Assembly: GCA_903918885.1 (NCBI GenBank) | Contig: CAIXFY010000030.1 | Coordinates: 39,324-103,323 of the forward strand | Reading direction: 5' to 3' | Length of the DNA: 64,000 nucleotides | From: an uncultured Verrucomicrobia subdivision 3 bacterium | Lineage (GTDB): Bacteria; Verrucomicrobiota; Verrucomicrobiia; Limisphaerales; UBA11358 | Shown here: positions 55,541 through 64,000 of the stretch, in pieces | Layout: every line of letters starts with the position of its first letter | How positions within the stretch are numbered: the first letter of the stretch is position 1 | The notes under the pieces: model-generated | The model's input: the letters and a program-made list of their open reading frames with translations, nothing else | What the model was told of the DNA's origin: nothing | Database searches by the model: none | Translations under genes and position numbers: made by a program

Positions 55541-56959
55541 ATGAATGAAATCCCGATTGCCCGACCATCGCGGCGGATTTTTCGCCGACTTCTGATTGCC
55601 GTCATTGGCTTTGCCGCGCTGGTGGCGCTGTTTTACGCCGAGGAAGACTGGCGCGGCAAACGCGCGTGGGAAAATTACCAGCGCGAACAGGAAGCCAAAG
55701 GCGTGGTGATGGACTGGAATAAATACATTCCGCCGCCCGTGCCGGATGAACAGAATTTTTTCAAGGCACCCAAAATGGCCGAGTGGTTTATCAAAGGGCA
55801 ATCATCCACCAATCCACTAAGTGAACGGCTTCACAATGCGGACACAACAGCGACCAACTTGGACGAAGCCGCATCGGCTAAATATCTGGCGTGGAGTGAT
55901 CAGTTCGCGCCGGACTTCGACTTAATCCGCGAGGCGTTAAAGCGTCCCTATGCGCGGATGGATGGCGATTATTCAAATCCAGACAAGCAGCCGATTCCAA
56001 ATTTTGTAACCGTCCGAAGTCTGGCGCAGACGCTCGCGCAGCGCACGAAATGTGAGTTGCTGCTCGGCCAGCCGGACAAGGCTTTACGGGATTTGACGCT
56101 GATGCACGATATGTGTCGTTTGCTCGAAGCCGCGCCGACCGGCAAGCCGATGACTTTGGTTTCGGCCATGATTAATGTTGCGGTCACCGGGCTTTATGTG
56201 AATACGCTTGCGACCGGTCTGGAATCACGCGCTTGGAACGAATCACAACTGGCCGCGCTCCAAAAACAGCTTGCGGAAATAGATTTGGCCCCCTTCGTCA
56301 TCGGTGCGTTCGCGTGTGAACCGGCTGGTTCCGCTTCTTGGCTGGAACATCACAAGCCGAGTGAGTTTTTTAATTTGTCGGCGATCGTGACTCGATCAAA
56401 ACGGCCGCAAACGCTTTGGGATAAAATCCGTGGTCTTAAAACTCGCTGGTGGGATTATGTGCCGCACGGCTGGCTTTACCAAAACCTCGTCCACTACCGT
56501 AAACTCTCTGATGAGATTCACGCCAGTCTCTTTGACGGAAACGGGTTGGTGACACCGAAAAATGCCGACCGGGAAGCCCGCGTGTTGGATACAAAGTTCG
56601 ATCATCCCGGTCTGTTCGATTTATTTTCCACCATCGCCATTCCCAGTTACAGCAGGTGCCTTCAAACATTTGCCTTCAACCAAACCAAGGCCAACGAGGC
56701 CCAAATCGTTTGCGCGCTCGAACGCTACCGGTTGGCACGCGGCAATTATCCCGAAACGCTCGACGCGCTCGCGCCGCAGTTCATCGGAAAAATTCCGCAG
56801 GATCTCATCGGTGGCGAGCCGTTGCACTATCGGCGCACGGAGGACGGAAAATTTCTGCTCTACTCCGTCGGCTGGAATGAAACGGATGACGGCGGTTCAC
56901 CGGGAACTTTGGCCGATGTGAAAAAAGGCGACTGGGTTTGGCAGTATCCGATCAAGTAA
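55541..56959 (+). CDS. hypothetical N-terminally anchored protein with pseudopilin-like C-terminal motif
   Basis: One TM (LLIAVIGFAALVALF), a helical middle, and C-terminus LHYRRTEDGKFLLYSVGWNETDDGGS...DWVW, which resembles GspG-like C-termini. The ATG at 55541 is preferred over the ORF start at 55448. Confidence 0.5.
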   Translation: MNEIPIARPSRRIFRRLLIAVIGFAALVALFYAEEDWRGKRAWENYQREQEAKGVVMDWNKYIPPPVPDEQNFFKAPKMAEWFIKGQSSTNPLSERLHNADTTATNLDEAASAKYLAWSDQFAPDFDLIREALKRPYARMDGDYSNPDKQPIPNFVTVRSLAQTLAQRTKCELLLGQPDKALRDLTLMHDMCRLLEAAPTGKPMTLVSAMINVAVTGLYVNTLATGLESRAWNESQLAALQKQLAEIDLAPFVIGAFACEPAGSASWLEHHKPSEFFNLSAIVTRSKRPQTLWDKIRGLKTRWWDYVPHGWLYQNLVHYRKLSDEIHASLFDGNGLVTPKNADREARVLDTKFDHPGLFDLFSTIAIPSYSRCLQTFAFNQTKANEAQIVCALERYRLARGNYPETLDALAPQFIGKIPQDLIGGEPLHYRRTEDGKFLLYSVGWNETDDGGSPGTLADVKKGDWVWQYPIK

Positions 56960-56991
56960 TAAAACTTCAGATTTCGCCGACAGTTAGCGGT

Positions 56992-57294
56992 TTAAACCAC
57001 CGCTTCTTGTTCTTCGACGGCAGATTTCTTCAATTCATCCAGCGCGCGGAAACGGCTCGCGGCAAAGCCGGCTTCCACGCCGAGATTGTTCGTCGGATTG
57101 TAGATGCCGACGAGCAGCAGCGAAGATTCCAGCACGCGGCGCATGTCCATGATGAGTTCGTCCGCGCGCACGCCCACGCGCACGGCGCGGACGACATAGA
57201 CCGTTTCGAGCACCGGCAATTGCAGGTAAAGCTGCTTGACCGTCTCCGGCCACTTGTCATCCACCAACACGACTTTTTGTCCGACGTTGAACAT
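56992..57294 (-). CDS. hypothetical 100-aa protein
   Basis: These are the last 100 codons of track ORF 56992..57735, starting at ATG 57294 (MFNVGQKVVLVDDKWPETVK...). Composition is normal, unlike the Arg-rich upstream part. Lies 8 nt downstream of the glyA fusion. Confidence 0.4.
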   Translation of the reverse strand: MFNVGQKVVLVDDKWPETVKQLYLQLPVLETVYVVRAVRVGVRADELIMDMRRVLESSLLLVGIYNPTNNLGVEAGFAASRFRALDELKKSAVEEQEAVV

Positions 57295-57302
57295 GGTCGC
57301 AA

Positions 57303-59480
57303 TCAATATGGCAGCGGAAATTTCGCCGTCAACTCGCGCACGCGGGCGCGAACTTTGTGGGCGGCGTCCACATTTTTGATATCCATCAACACTTCGGAAA
57401 TCATGTCCGCAATCGCCGCCATCTCGGTTTCCTTCATGCCGCGCGTGGTGCTGGCCGGCGTGCCGAGGCGGATGCCGCTGGCCTGAAACGGCGAGCGCGT
57501 CTCGAACGGAATCGTGTTCTTGTTCACCGTGATGCCGGCTTCGTCCAGCGCGATCTGCGAATCCTTGCCGGTGATGCTTTTCGCGCCGACATCCACGAGC
57601 ATGAGATGATTGTCCGTGCCGCCGCTGACGAGCCGGTAGCCGTTGCGCTTCATGCCGTCGGCGAGCGCGGCGGCGTTCTTGACGATTTGCTGCTGGTAAG
57701 CCTTGAAGCTCGGCTGCAACGCTTCGTGGAAGCAAACGGCTTTGCCGGCGATGACGTGTTCCAGCGGCCCGCCCTGGATGCCGGGGAAAACGATGGAATC
57801 AATTTCCTTCGCGTATTTCTCGGCGCACAAAATCAAACCGCCGCGCGGGCCGCGCAACGTCTTGTGCGTCGTCGTCGTGACAAAATCCGCGTGACCGATC
57901 GGGCTGGGATGAACTCCCGCCGCGACCATGCCGGCGATGTGCGCGATATCCGCGAGCAGATATGCGCCGACTTCGCGGGCGATCTCGCCCATGCGTTTGA
58001 AATCAATGATGCGCGGATACGCACTCGCGCCGATGGTGATCATCTTCGGCTTGTGTTCGCGCGCCATCGTGGCGATCTGCTCGTAGTCAATGCGCTCGGT
58101 TTCCTTGCCGACTCCGTAGTGGACGATCTCAAAAAACTTGCCGGAGAAATTTGCCTTGTTGCCGTGCGTCAGATGGCCGCCGTGGCTCAAGTCCATCGTC
58201 AGCATCTTGTCGCCGGGTTTCAGGAACGCGAAATAGACGGCCATGTTCGCGCCTGACCCGGAGTGCGGCTGGACGTTGGCGTGTTCGGCGCCGAACAATT
58301 TTTTGGCGCGGTCAATCGCCAGTTGCTCAATGGTGTCAATGTATTCGCAGCCGCCATACCAGCGCTTTTTCGGATAACCCTCGGCGTATTTGTTCGTCAG
58401 CACCGAGCCTTGCGCTTCCATCACCGCCGGACTGGTAAAGTTTTCCGACGCAATCAGCTCGATGTTTTCCTGCTGGCGTTTGCGTTCGTGTTCAACCGCC
58501 GCGGCGATTTCGGGATCAACATTCGCCAGCCGCAGATTGGCCGGCGCAAACTTCGAGTCCATCTTCAACACGCGGCGCTCGTGGCGTCCGCCTTCAAATT
58601 TCGCGCCAATGAACGCGGCGAGGATTTTTTTCCCGAGTTCGGTGGAAGTTTTTTTGCCGCTTAAACAAAGGACATTCACATCATTGTGCTGGCGGGACAT
58701 TGCGGCGGATTCTTCGTCGCCGATGAGCGCGGCGCGGACGCCGGTGACTTTGTTGGCCGTGATGCTCACGCCCACGCCGCTGGTGCAAATGAGCAAACCG
58801 AGTTCGGCTTTGCCGGCGGCGACGGCCTCGGCCACGGGCTTGGCGAAGTCGGGATAATCATCCGCCGGATCTTTCGTGGTCGCGCCAAAATCGCTGACGG
58901 TCAGGCCGCGTTCGCGCAAAAAGGCTTTTAGCGATTCCTTGAGTTCCAATCCGCCGTGATCTGCGCCGAGCGCGAAGTTGGTGACGGACGAAGATGACGG
59001 GTCTTGATTTTTCGACAGGAAGTTGTGTTGTTCCATAAATTTCAAAAGCGTGACGATGCCTTGTTCAATCTGGTCGCGGCACTCGACGTAAGTGTAAAAC
59101 GGACTGCCGATCGGATCGCTGATGTCCTTTTCGTAGGCTTCGAGCGTTTCGTCAAATTCGCGCAGCAGAAAAGTTTTTTCCGCCGCCTTCGGATACAGCA
59201 GCGCCACCGTGTCCGTGTGGCTGTGCGTCATGCCGAGAATCAAATCCGCCGACTTCACCAGCTCCGCCGTGAGTGCGCGGCTGCGCTGGCCGGAAATATC
59301 AATACCGATGTCGCGCATCGCCCGCACGGAATGATCCGTGGGCACCTGGCCGTCCACCGCGCCGATGCCCGCCGACAAAATGCGAAAGTCGCCGCGCCCT
59401 TTGACGGCGTGGCGGAAAAGCCCCTCGGCCATCGGGCTGCGGCAAACATTGCCGGTGCAAAGAAATAGAATCGTTTTCAT
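57303..59480 (-). CDS. glyA: tri-functional fusion: LMW protein phosphatase + ribose-5-phosphate isomerase B + serine hydroxymethyltransferase
   Basis: One uninterrupted 725-aa [20 protein letters not shown] is the LMW-PTP P-loop. [13 protein letters not shown]...[15 protein letters not shown] is Rpi[30 protein letters not shown]...[14 protein letters not shown] is SHMT with its PLP Lys. Confidence 0.85.
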   Translation of the reverse strand: MKTILFLCTGNVCRSPMAEGLFRHAVKGRGDFRILSAGIGAVDGQVPTDHSVRAMRDIGIDISGQRSRALTAELVKSADLILGMTHSHTDTVALLYPKAAEKTFLLREFDETLEAYEKDISDPIGSPFYTYVECRDQIEQGIVTLLKFMEQHNFLSKNQDPSSSSVTNFALGADHGGLELKESLKAFLRERGLTVSDFGATTKDPADDYPDFAKPVAEAVAAGKAELGLLICTSGVGVSITANKVTGVRAALIGDEESAAMSRQHNDVNVLCLSGKKTSTELGKKILAAFIGAKFEGGRHERRVLKMDSKFAPANLRLANVDPEIAAAVEHERKRQQENIELIASENFTSPAVMEAQGSVLTNKYAEGYPKKRWYGGCEYIDTIEQLAIDRAKKLFGAEHANVQPHSGSGANMAVYFAFLKPGDKMLTMDLSHGGHLTHGNKANFSGKFFEIVHYGVGKETERIDYEQIATMAREHKPKMITIGASAYPRIIDFKRMGEIAREVGAYLLADIAHIAGMVAAGVHPSPIGHADFVTTTTHKTLRGPRGGLILCAEKYAKEIDSIVFPGIQGGPLEHVIAGKAVCFHEALQPSFKAYQQQIVKNAAALADGMKRNGYRLVSGGTDNHLMLVDVGAKSITGKDSQIALDEAGITVNKNTIPFETRSPFQASGIRLGTPASTTRGMKETEMAAIADMISEVLMDIKNVDAAHKVRARVRELTAKFPLPY

Positions 59481-59533
59481 CCCAAACGCGGACGGAAAAG
59501 GTGGATTTTTGGCGGCGAAAGGTCAATGCGGAA

Positions 59534-60223
59534 TCACCCGCGCGATTGCTTCAAAACGGCGATCGCTTTGAGCAAATCCACCGCCCGCGCTAGCGCCGGA
59601 TCGCGGATGACGGGCGTCGTTGGCTCGCTGCGCGGCGAAGCGGTGGCTCCGTCAATGTCCTCGCCGTCCTTGATTTTTTTGCGCACCAACTCGGCTTCGC
59701 TCGTGTGGTCAATGAACGGTAGAAATTCATTCGTCGCCGCCAGCGTCGTGGCCGGCTGTTCGTCCGCCACGGAAAACGGGTCGGCCTGAAATAATTTTTC
59801 CAGTTCGGGATTCACCGTCACCGCGATGTCCGGTGGAACCATGCCGTTCGTGCCGCCGATGACGATGCCGCTGCTGTCCGCGCGCAATTGCGCCGCGAGC
59901 TGGCCGGCCGCCCCGCTGGTCTGGCGGTTAACGAGGATGACCAGCGGAAATTTTTCACCGGCAAAAAATCCGTCCGCCGCGTGCGCCGCGCGTTTGTCGC
60001 CGTTGGCGAAACGCAAGTCTAGCACCAGGCTGGAAAAATTGGTGGCGGTCGCGGCGCGAAACTGCCCGGGGAAATTTTCCGAAACGCGCTTCACCGTCAC
60101 CCGCAGCACGCCGCCGTCCAGGAAGCTGTCATCCAAGTCGCCGGCGCGCAGGCCGGCCGGCAGTGCCAGCAACAGGCAAAAAATCCATCGCATCATGAGG
60201 CCGTTAAATTGCGTCACAAGCAC
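59534..60223 (-). CDS. S41 peptidase-like exported protein, probably non-catalytic
   Basis: LVLDLRFANGD and LVILVNRQTSGAAGQLAAQL resemble the S41 core. The consensus G.TfGKG Lys position reads GGTNGMV, so the Lys appears to be replaced. No PDZ domain. The start is ambiguous between 60223 and 60196. Confidence 0.45.
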   Translation of the reverse strand: MLVTQFNGLMMRWIFCLLLALPAGLRAGDLDDSFLDGGVLRVTVKRVSENFPGQFRAATATNFSSLVLDLRFANGDKRAAHAADGFFAGEKFPLVILVNRQTSGAAGQLAAQLRADSSGIVIGGTNGMVPPDIAVTVNPELEKLFQADPFSVADEQPATTLAATNEFLPFIDHTSEAELVRKKIKDGEDIDGATASPRSEPTTPVIRDPALARAVDLLKAIAVLKQSRG

Positions 60224-60247
60224 CGTAAAGTAAAGGGTTGGAGTGGC

Positions 60248-61537
60248 TCAAAATGCCTTCGCGGCGATATCGCGGCGAAAGTGCGCGCCTTCAAATTTGA
60301 TTCTCTCCACGGCGGCATACGCGGCAGCTTGCGCGGCGAGTAAATCTTTTCCAAGCGCAGTCACTCCGAGGACGCGCCCGCCGTTCGTCACGAACTGGCC
60401 GTCTTTCAATGCCGTGCCCGCGTGAAAAACTTTGGTGTGCGGCAACGCGTTCGCCGCATCGAGGCCGGAAATAATTTTTCCTTTCGCGTAGTTGCCGGGA
60501 TAGCCGCCGCTCGCCATCACCACGCAAACGCTCGCGAGCGGACTCCATTTCAATTCGTGCCGCGCCAACGTGCCGCTCGCGCTGGCGTCGAGCAGTTCCA
60601 CCAAATCATTTTCCAAGCGCGTGAGATAGACCTGCGTCTCGGGATCGCCGAAGCGCGCGTTGAATTCGAGGATCTTCGGGCCGTTCTTCGTGAGCATCAC
60701 GCCGGGATAAAGCAGCCCGCGATAATCAATACCCTCGGCCACGCAGCCGCGCATGAAGGGTTCAAGCACTTTGGCGGCAACATCGGCGAGCTGCGCGTCG
60801 TTGAGAAATGGCGTGGGCGAATACGTGCCCATGCCGCCGGTGTTCAAACCCAAATCGCCATCGAGCGCGCGTTTGTGATCTTGTGACGTGGGAAAAATCT
60901 TCGCCGTCGTGCCGTCGCAGAGCGCGTGCAGGGAAACTTCAATGCCTTCGAGAAATTCCTGGATGACGACGTTCGCGCCCGCCGCGCCGAACGCCTTGCT
61001 GACCATGATTTCGTCCACGGCTTTCTCGGCTTCAGTTTGGTTCGCGCAAATCAAAACGCCTTTACCGAGGGCGAGACCATCGGCTTTGACAACGCACTTG
61101 CCTCCGAGAGTCGCACAGAATTTTTTCGCGGCGGCGACATCGGAGAACGTGCCGGCGGCGGCGGTCGGGATGCCGTATTTCTCCATGAACTTCTGCGAGA
61201 AAACTTTCGACGCCTCGAACTGCGACGCCTTCTGGTTCACGCCCCAAATCTTCAGGCCGTGCTGCTGGAACAAATCCACGATACCGAGCGCGAGCGGATT
61301 GTCCGGGCCGACGACGGTGAAATCCACGCGCTTCTCCTGCGCGAACGCGAGCAGCTTCGGCAAATCCTCCGCGCTGATGCCGACGCATTCCACGGGACTG
61401 CCGTTCTTGGCGAGGCGCTCCTGCGCGATGCCGGCGTTGCCGGGCGCACACCACATCTGCGTGGCGTGCGGCGATTGCGCCAGTTTCCAGACGAGGGCGT
61501 GTTCGCGTCCGCCGGAACCTATGACGAGAAGTTTCAT
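60248..61537 (-). CDS. purD: phosphoribosylamine--glycine ligase
   Basis: MKLLVIGSGGREHALVWKL, ATP-grasp core, EFNARFGDPETQ. Confidence 0.95.
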   Translation of the reverse strand: MKLLVIGSGGREHALVWKLAQSPHATQMWCAPGNAGIAQERLAKNGSPVECVGISAEDLPKLLAFAQEKRVDFTVVGPDNPLALGIVDLFQQHGLKIWGVNQKASQFEASKVFSQKFMEKYGIPTAAAGTFSDVAAAKKFCATLGGKCVVKADGLALGKGVLICANQTEAEKAVDEIMVSKAFGAAGANVVIQEFLEGIEVSLHALCDGTTAKIFPTSQDHKRALDGDLGLNTGGMGTYSPTPFLNDAQLADVAAKVLEPFMRGCVAEGIDYRGLLYPGVMLTKNGPKILEFNARFGDPETQVYLTRLENDLVELLDASASGTLARHELKWSPLASVCVVMASGGYPGNYAKGKIISGLDAANALPHTKVFHAGTALKDGQFVTNGGRVLGVTALGKDLLAAQAAAYAAVERIKFEGAHFRRDIAAKAF

Positions 61538-61545
61538 GAAATAGT

Positions 61546-62061
61546 TTATTTAGCTCCGACATTTTCCCGAACTCGCAAAATAATCACAATGTAATGCCCG
61601 AACGTCCAAAAGTTTCCTGCCAGTAAAAATAGCGTCTTTTTATTTATTTTGCGATTGAGGAAATATTCAAAAAAAACATGAAATATTAGCAAGGAAGTTA
61701 CGAAATAAGTTGGGACAAAAAGCAAAACACTGGTTGCATCGAGAGCGTTATACCACCAAAGCAAACCTTGAAGAACCCAAGAAACAATTGAAACCGTGTA
61801 TTCAAGAGCTTTGACCGCACCACCGTCATCAACGGTTTTACCCACGCGCCATTTTGTTGACCGGGAGAACAGCCAAATAACTAGGCTATGCAAGGTGATT
61901 GCAAAGGTTCCAATAATTACCAAACCTTTTGAAAATGAAACTGCTGGCAATTCCTGCAAACCAAGAACGATTGAGAAAAGTAGCACAATGACAAAGCTGT
62001 TGACGGCCCAATTAATTGCCATTCCACCAGCAGATGCCCGACTTGCGCTGCTAAAAGACAT
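61546..62061 (-). CDS. hypothetical polytopic membrane protein (AT-rich insert between purM and purD)
   Basis: 171 aa with about 5 TM helices and no motif I recognise. Hand counts of two 60-nt lines give 25 % and 42 % G+C. Confidence 0.5.
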   Translation of the reverse strand: MSFSSASRASAGGMAINWAVNSFVIVLLFSIVLGLQELPAVSFSKGLVIIGTFAITLHSLVIWLFSRSTKWRVGKTVDDGGAVKALEYTVSIVSWVLQGLLWWYNALDATSVLLFVPTYFVTSLLIFHVFFEYFLNRKINKKTLFLLAGNFWTFGHYIVIILRVRENVGAK

Positions 62062-62064
62062 AGG

Positions 62065-63123
62065 CTATTCCACCCGCGCCACGCCCTTGCCTTTGACGAC
62101 TTCGCCGATGATCCAGGCGTTGTGCTTCTGACGCTTGATGAATTTCAGCACGGCATCCGCTTTTTCGCCGGAGACGATGCCCACCATGCCGATGCCCATG
62201 TTGAAGACCTGATAGAGTTCTTCTTCCGGCACGCCGCCTTTTTCTTTGATGATCTGGAAGATCGGCAGCATGTCCCACGAACCTTTCTTGATGACGCAGT
62301 CGAGCGACTTCGGCAACACGCGCGGGATGTTGTCCACGAAACCGCCGCCGGTGATATGCGCGAAGGCCTTGACCGAGTTCGGCTTGCCGACGAGGTTGAA
62401 CTTCTTGAGCAGCTTCTGCACGAGCGGACCGTAGCTGATGTGTTCCGCCAACAATTCTTCGCCGATGGATTTCTTGAGGCCGGGAACTTTGCTCGAAGGT
62501 TTGTAGCCGAGTTGCTCGAAGAAAATTTTGCGCCCGAGCGAATAGCCGTTCGTGTGCAGGCCGCTCGATTCGATGCCGATGACCACGTCGCCGCGCTTGA
62601 TGGTTTTCTGGCCGTTGAGCATGCGGGATTTTTCCACCACGCCGACGATTGTGCCGCTCACGTCGTATTCGCCGGCTTGATAAAAGCCCGGCATCTGCGC
62701 GGTCTCGCCGCCGATGAGCGCGCAATTATTTTGCGCGCAGGCGCGGGCGAAACCCTTGATAATGTCCGTGAACACATGCGGCTCCAATTTGCCGGTGCCG
62801 AGATAATCGAGGAAGAACAGCGGTTCCGCGCCGAGCACGGCGATGTCATCCACGCAATGGTTCACGAGGTCCGCGCCGATGGTGTCGTGCTTGTCGAGGG
62901 CGAACGCGAGCTTGAGCTTGGTGCCGACGCCGTCCACGGAGGAGACGAGGATGGGCTCTTTGTATTTCTTGAGATCGAGCGCGAACAGGCCGCCGAAGCC
63001 GCCGACTTTGCCGAGCACTTCTTTGCGATGCGTGCTGGCGAGCAACTGGGGCAGGGTGGCCTTGACTTTGTTGCCGAGATCAATGTCCACGCCGGCGGCG
63101 GCGTAAGCTTTTTGCTTCTTCAT
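62065..63123 (-). CDS. purM: phosphoribosylformylglycinamidine cyclo-ligase
   Basis: YAAAGVDIDLGN, DGVGTKL, AHITGGG. The ATG at 63123 is preferred, because the track ORF's upstream 38 codons read through REP sequence. Confidence 0.9.
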   Translation of the reverse strand: MKKQKAYAAAGVDIDLGNKVKATLPQLLASTHRKEVLGKVGGFGGLFALDLKKYKEPILVSSVDGVGTKLKLAFALDKHDTIGADLVNHCVDDIAVLGAEPLFFLDYLGTGKLEPHVFTDIIKGFARACAQNNCALIGGETAQMPGFYQAGEYDVSGTIVGVVEKSRMLNGQKTIKRGDVVIGIESSGLHTNGYSLGRKIFFEQLGYKPSSKVPGLKKSIGEELLAEHISYGPLVQKLLKKFNLVGKPNSVKAFAHITGGGFVDNIPRVLPKSLDCVIKKGSWDMLPIFQIIKEKGGVPEEELYQVFNMGIGMVGIVSGEKADAVLKFIKRQKHNAWIIGEVVKGKGVARVE

Positions 63124-63194
63124 GTGGCGCAGATTAAACCGAAAAACGGGATGGCGGGCGAGAAAATTTCGTTCGGTGTTGCGTCCAATCTTTG

Positions 63195-63535
63195 CGTTGT
63201 CCCAACGGGACATCCCGACAATAGCCCGGCGTTTCAACGCCGGGTAGCGCGGGAAGGTGAATGAGTCCCACCGGGACGGCTGACCAAATATTGCGCGGCT
63301 TCCATTTCTCTTAACTTCGGTCGTCCCTTCGGGACGGGTGATTGTTTTGTGGATTCAACCCGGCATTGAAATGCCGGGCTATTGTCATAGGTTCCTTCGG
63401 AACCGGGAAACAGCCCGGTGGATGGAAATCTGATTTGGCATGGCTGCTTGTCCCACCGGGACATCCCGAAAATAGCCCGCAGTTTCAACTGCGGGGTGCT
63501 TGCGCCAGGCCATCAGTCCCACCGGGACGGTTGAA
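63195..63535. repeat. REP array (at least 5-6 hairpin units in both orientations) abutting the RAYT gene
   Basis: An ~88-nt composite, tgtccca[a/c]cgggacatcccga[c/a]aatagccc[ggcg/gcag]tttcaac[gccg/tgcg]gg...gtcccaccgggacgg[c/t]tga, occurs at 63198-63285 and 63449-63533. An inverse unit cccggcattgaaatgccgggctattgtc lies at 63358-63385. Confidence 0.7.
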
Positions 63536-63537
63536 AT

Positions 63538-63984
63538 TCATTTCCACAAATACCGTTCGTCATATTCAATGCGGTGTTTCTTCAGCAGCGCCAGAAATTC
63601 CTCCTGAAACGTCATCTTCCGATGATGCGCTTCCTGTCCGCGAATATATTCAATGGTCTTGTCCAGCTGCGATACGCTGACGCTGAACGCGCCGTATTCT
63701 TCCTGCCACGCAAATCCGCGCTGGTCGGGAAAGGTTTCGTGAATCCATTTGGAAGAACCGCCCTTGATGAGTTGCAGTGCTTTGGAGACCGGCATTGTGG
63801 CGGGCAGCGAAAGCAGGATGTGGACGTGATCTTCCACGCCGCCAACCTCGATGGCCTTCATTTTGTTTTGACGGGCGATGCCGCCGAGGAACGGCCAGAG
63901 CCGTTCACGCAGTTGCGGCGTGATAAGCGGACGGCGTTCCTTGGTGCTGAAGACGCAATGGAAATAGGCGCTGACGTAGGACAT
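63538..63984 (-). CDS. REP-associated tyrosine transposase (RAYT; IS200/Y1 transposase family)
   Basis: YFHCVFSTKERRP, HUH motif EDHVHILLSLP, and the Tyr-helix TIEYIRGQEAHH. It is 148 aa and directly adjoins the REP array. Confidence 0.8.
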   Translation of the reverse strand: MSYVSAYFHCVFSTKERRPLITPQLRERLWPFLGGIARQNKMKAIEVGGVEDHVHILLSLPATMPVSKALQLIKGGSSKWIHETFPDQRGFAWQEEYGAFSVSVSQLDKTIEYIRGQEAHHRKMTFQEEFLALLKKHRIEYDERYLWK

Positions 63985-64000
63985 GGCGTTATTCAGCCGT

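Noticed and set aside
57295-57735. Upstream 147 codons of track ORF 56992..57735
   Set aside because: It overlaps the 3' part of the glyA fusion in another frame and is extremely Arg/His-rich. Only the last 100 codons (from ATG 57294) look like a real gene.
62122-63264. 380-aa ORF antisense to purM
   Set aside because: It lies opposite a clear PurM. Its composition is skewed toward Arg/Ala/Glu/Asp, and its 3' end reads through REP sequence.
63195-63535. CRISPR array
   Set aside because: The repeats occur in both orientations with irregular spacing, and each is itself a hairpin. No cas genes are present. The pattern fits REP/BIME elements beside a RAYT.

Overview
This is a 64 kb chromosomal window of about 60 % G+C (hand counts on sample lines) from a Gram-negative bacterium. 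The hallmarks look like the PVC/Verrucomicrobia group, which is an inference from the 'CPAGGTY'-type orphan pseudopilin, the hairpin repeat families and the gene content. I support about 65 protein genes and one tRNA-Leu(CAA). There is no rRNA and no CRISPR array.

Most of the window is housekeeping:
- polX (partial), thiD, queE
- an ABC-2 exporter with a NarL-type two-component system
- opgG-X-opgH
- holB-waaL-like-aroQ-accBC-trxA, hisF, lptD, ribBA-ribH
- a complete haem-copper oxidase cluster (ctaA, ctaB, ctaD, ctaE, ctaF, ctaC, sco, DUF420) preceded by a type-1 copper protein
- folP, feoAB, resB-ccsA, rho, purD, purM

Items most worth follow-up, in order of interest:
1. A low-GC single-gene TIR-domain island (29624-30550) lies between hisF and lptD and abuts a REP cluster. 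It is a candidate stand-alone NADase defence gene with an uncharacterised C-terminal module.
2. A tightly packed six-gene operon of exported proteins and lipoproteins (22519-27881) is built from LpoB-like, YcfL-like, helical lipoprotein, CsgG-like, PEGA and glycine-zipper proteins.
3. A 33-nt AT-rich heptad element sits in frame in both thiD and ribH, with 30/33 nt identical between the copies.
4. A single ORF fuses an LMW phosphatase, RpiB and GlyA.
5. A RAYT transposase lies next to its REP array, with related hairpin or MITE-like insertions elsewhere in the window.

All family assignments come from motif reading by eye. No database search was run.
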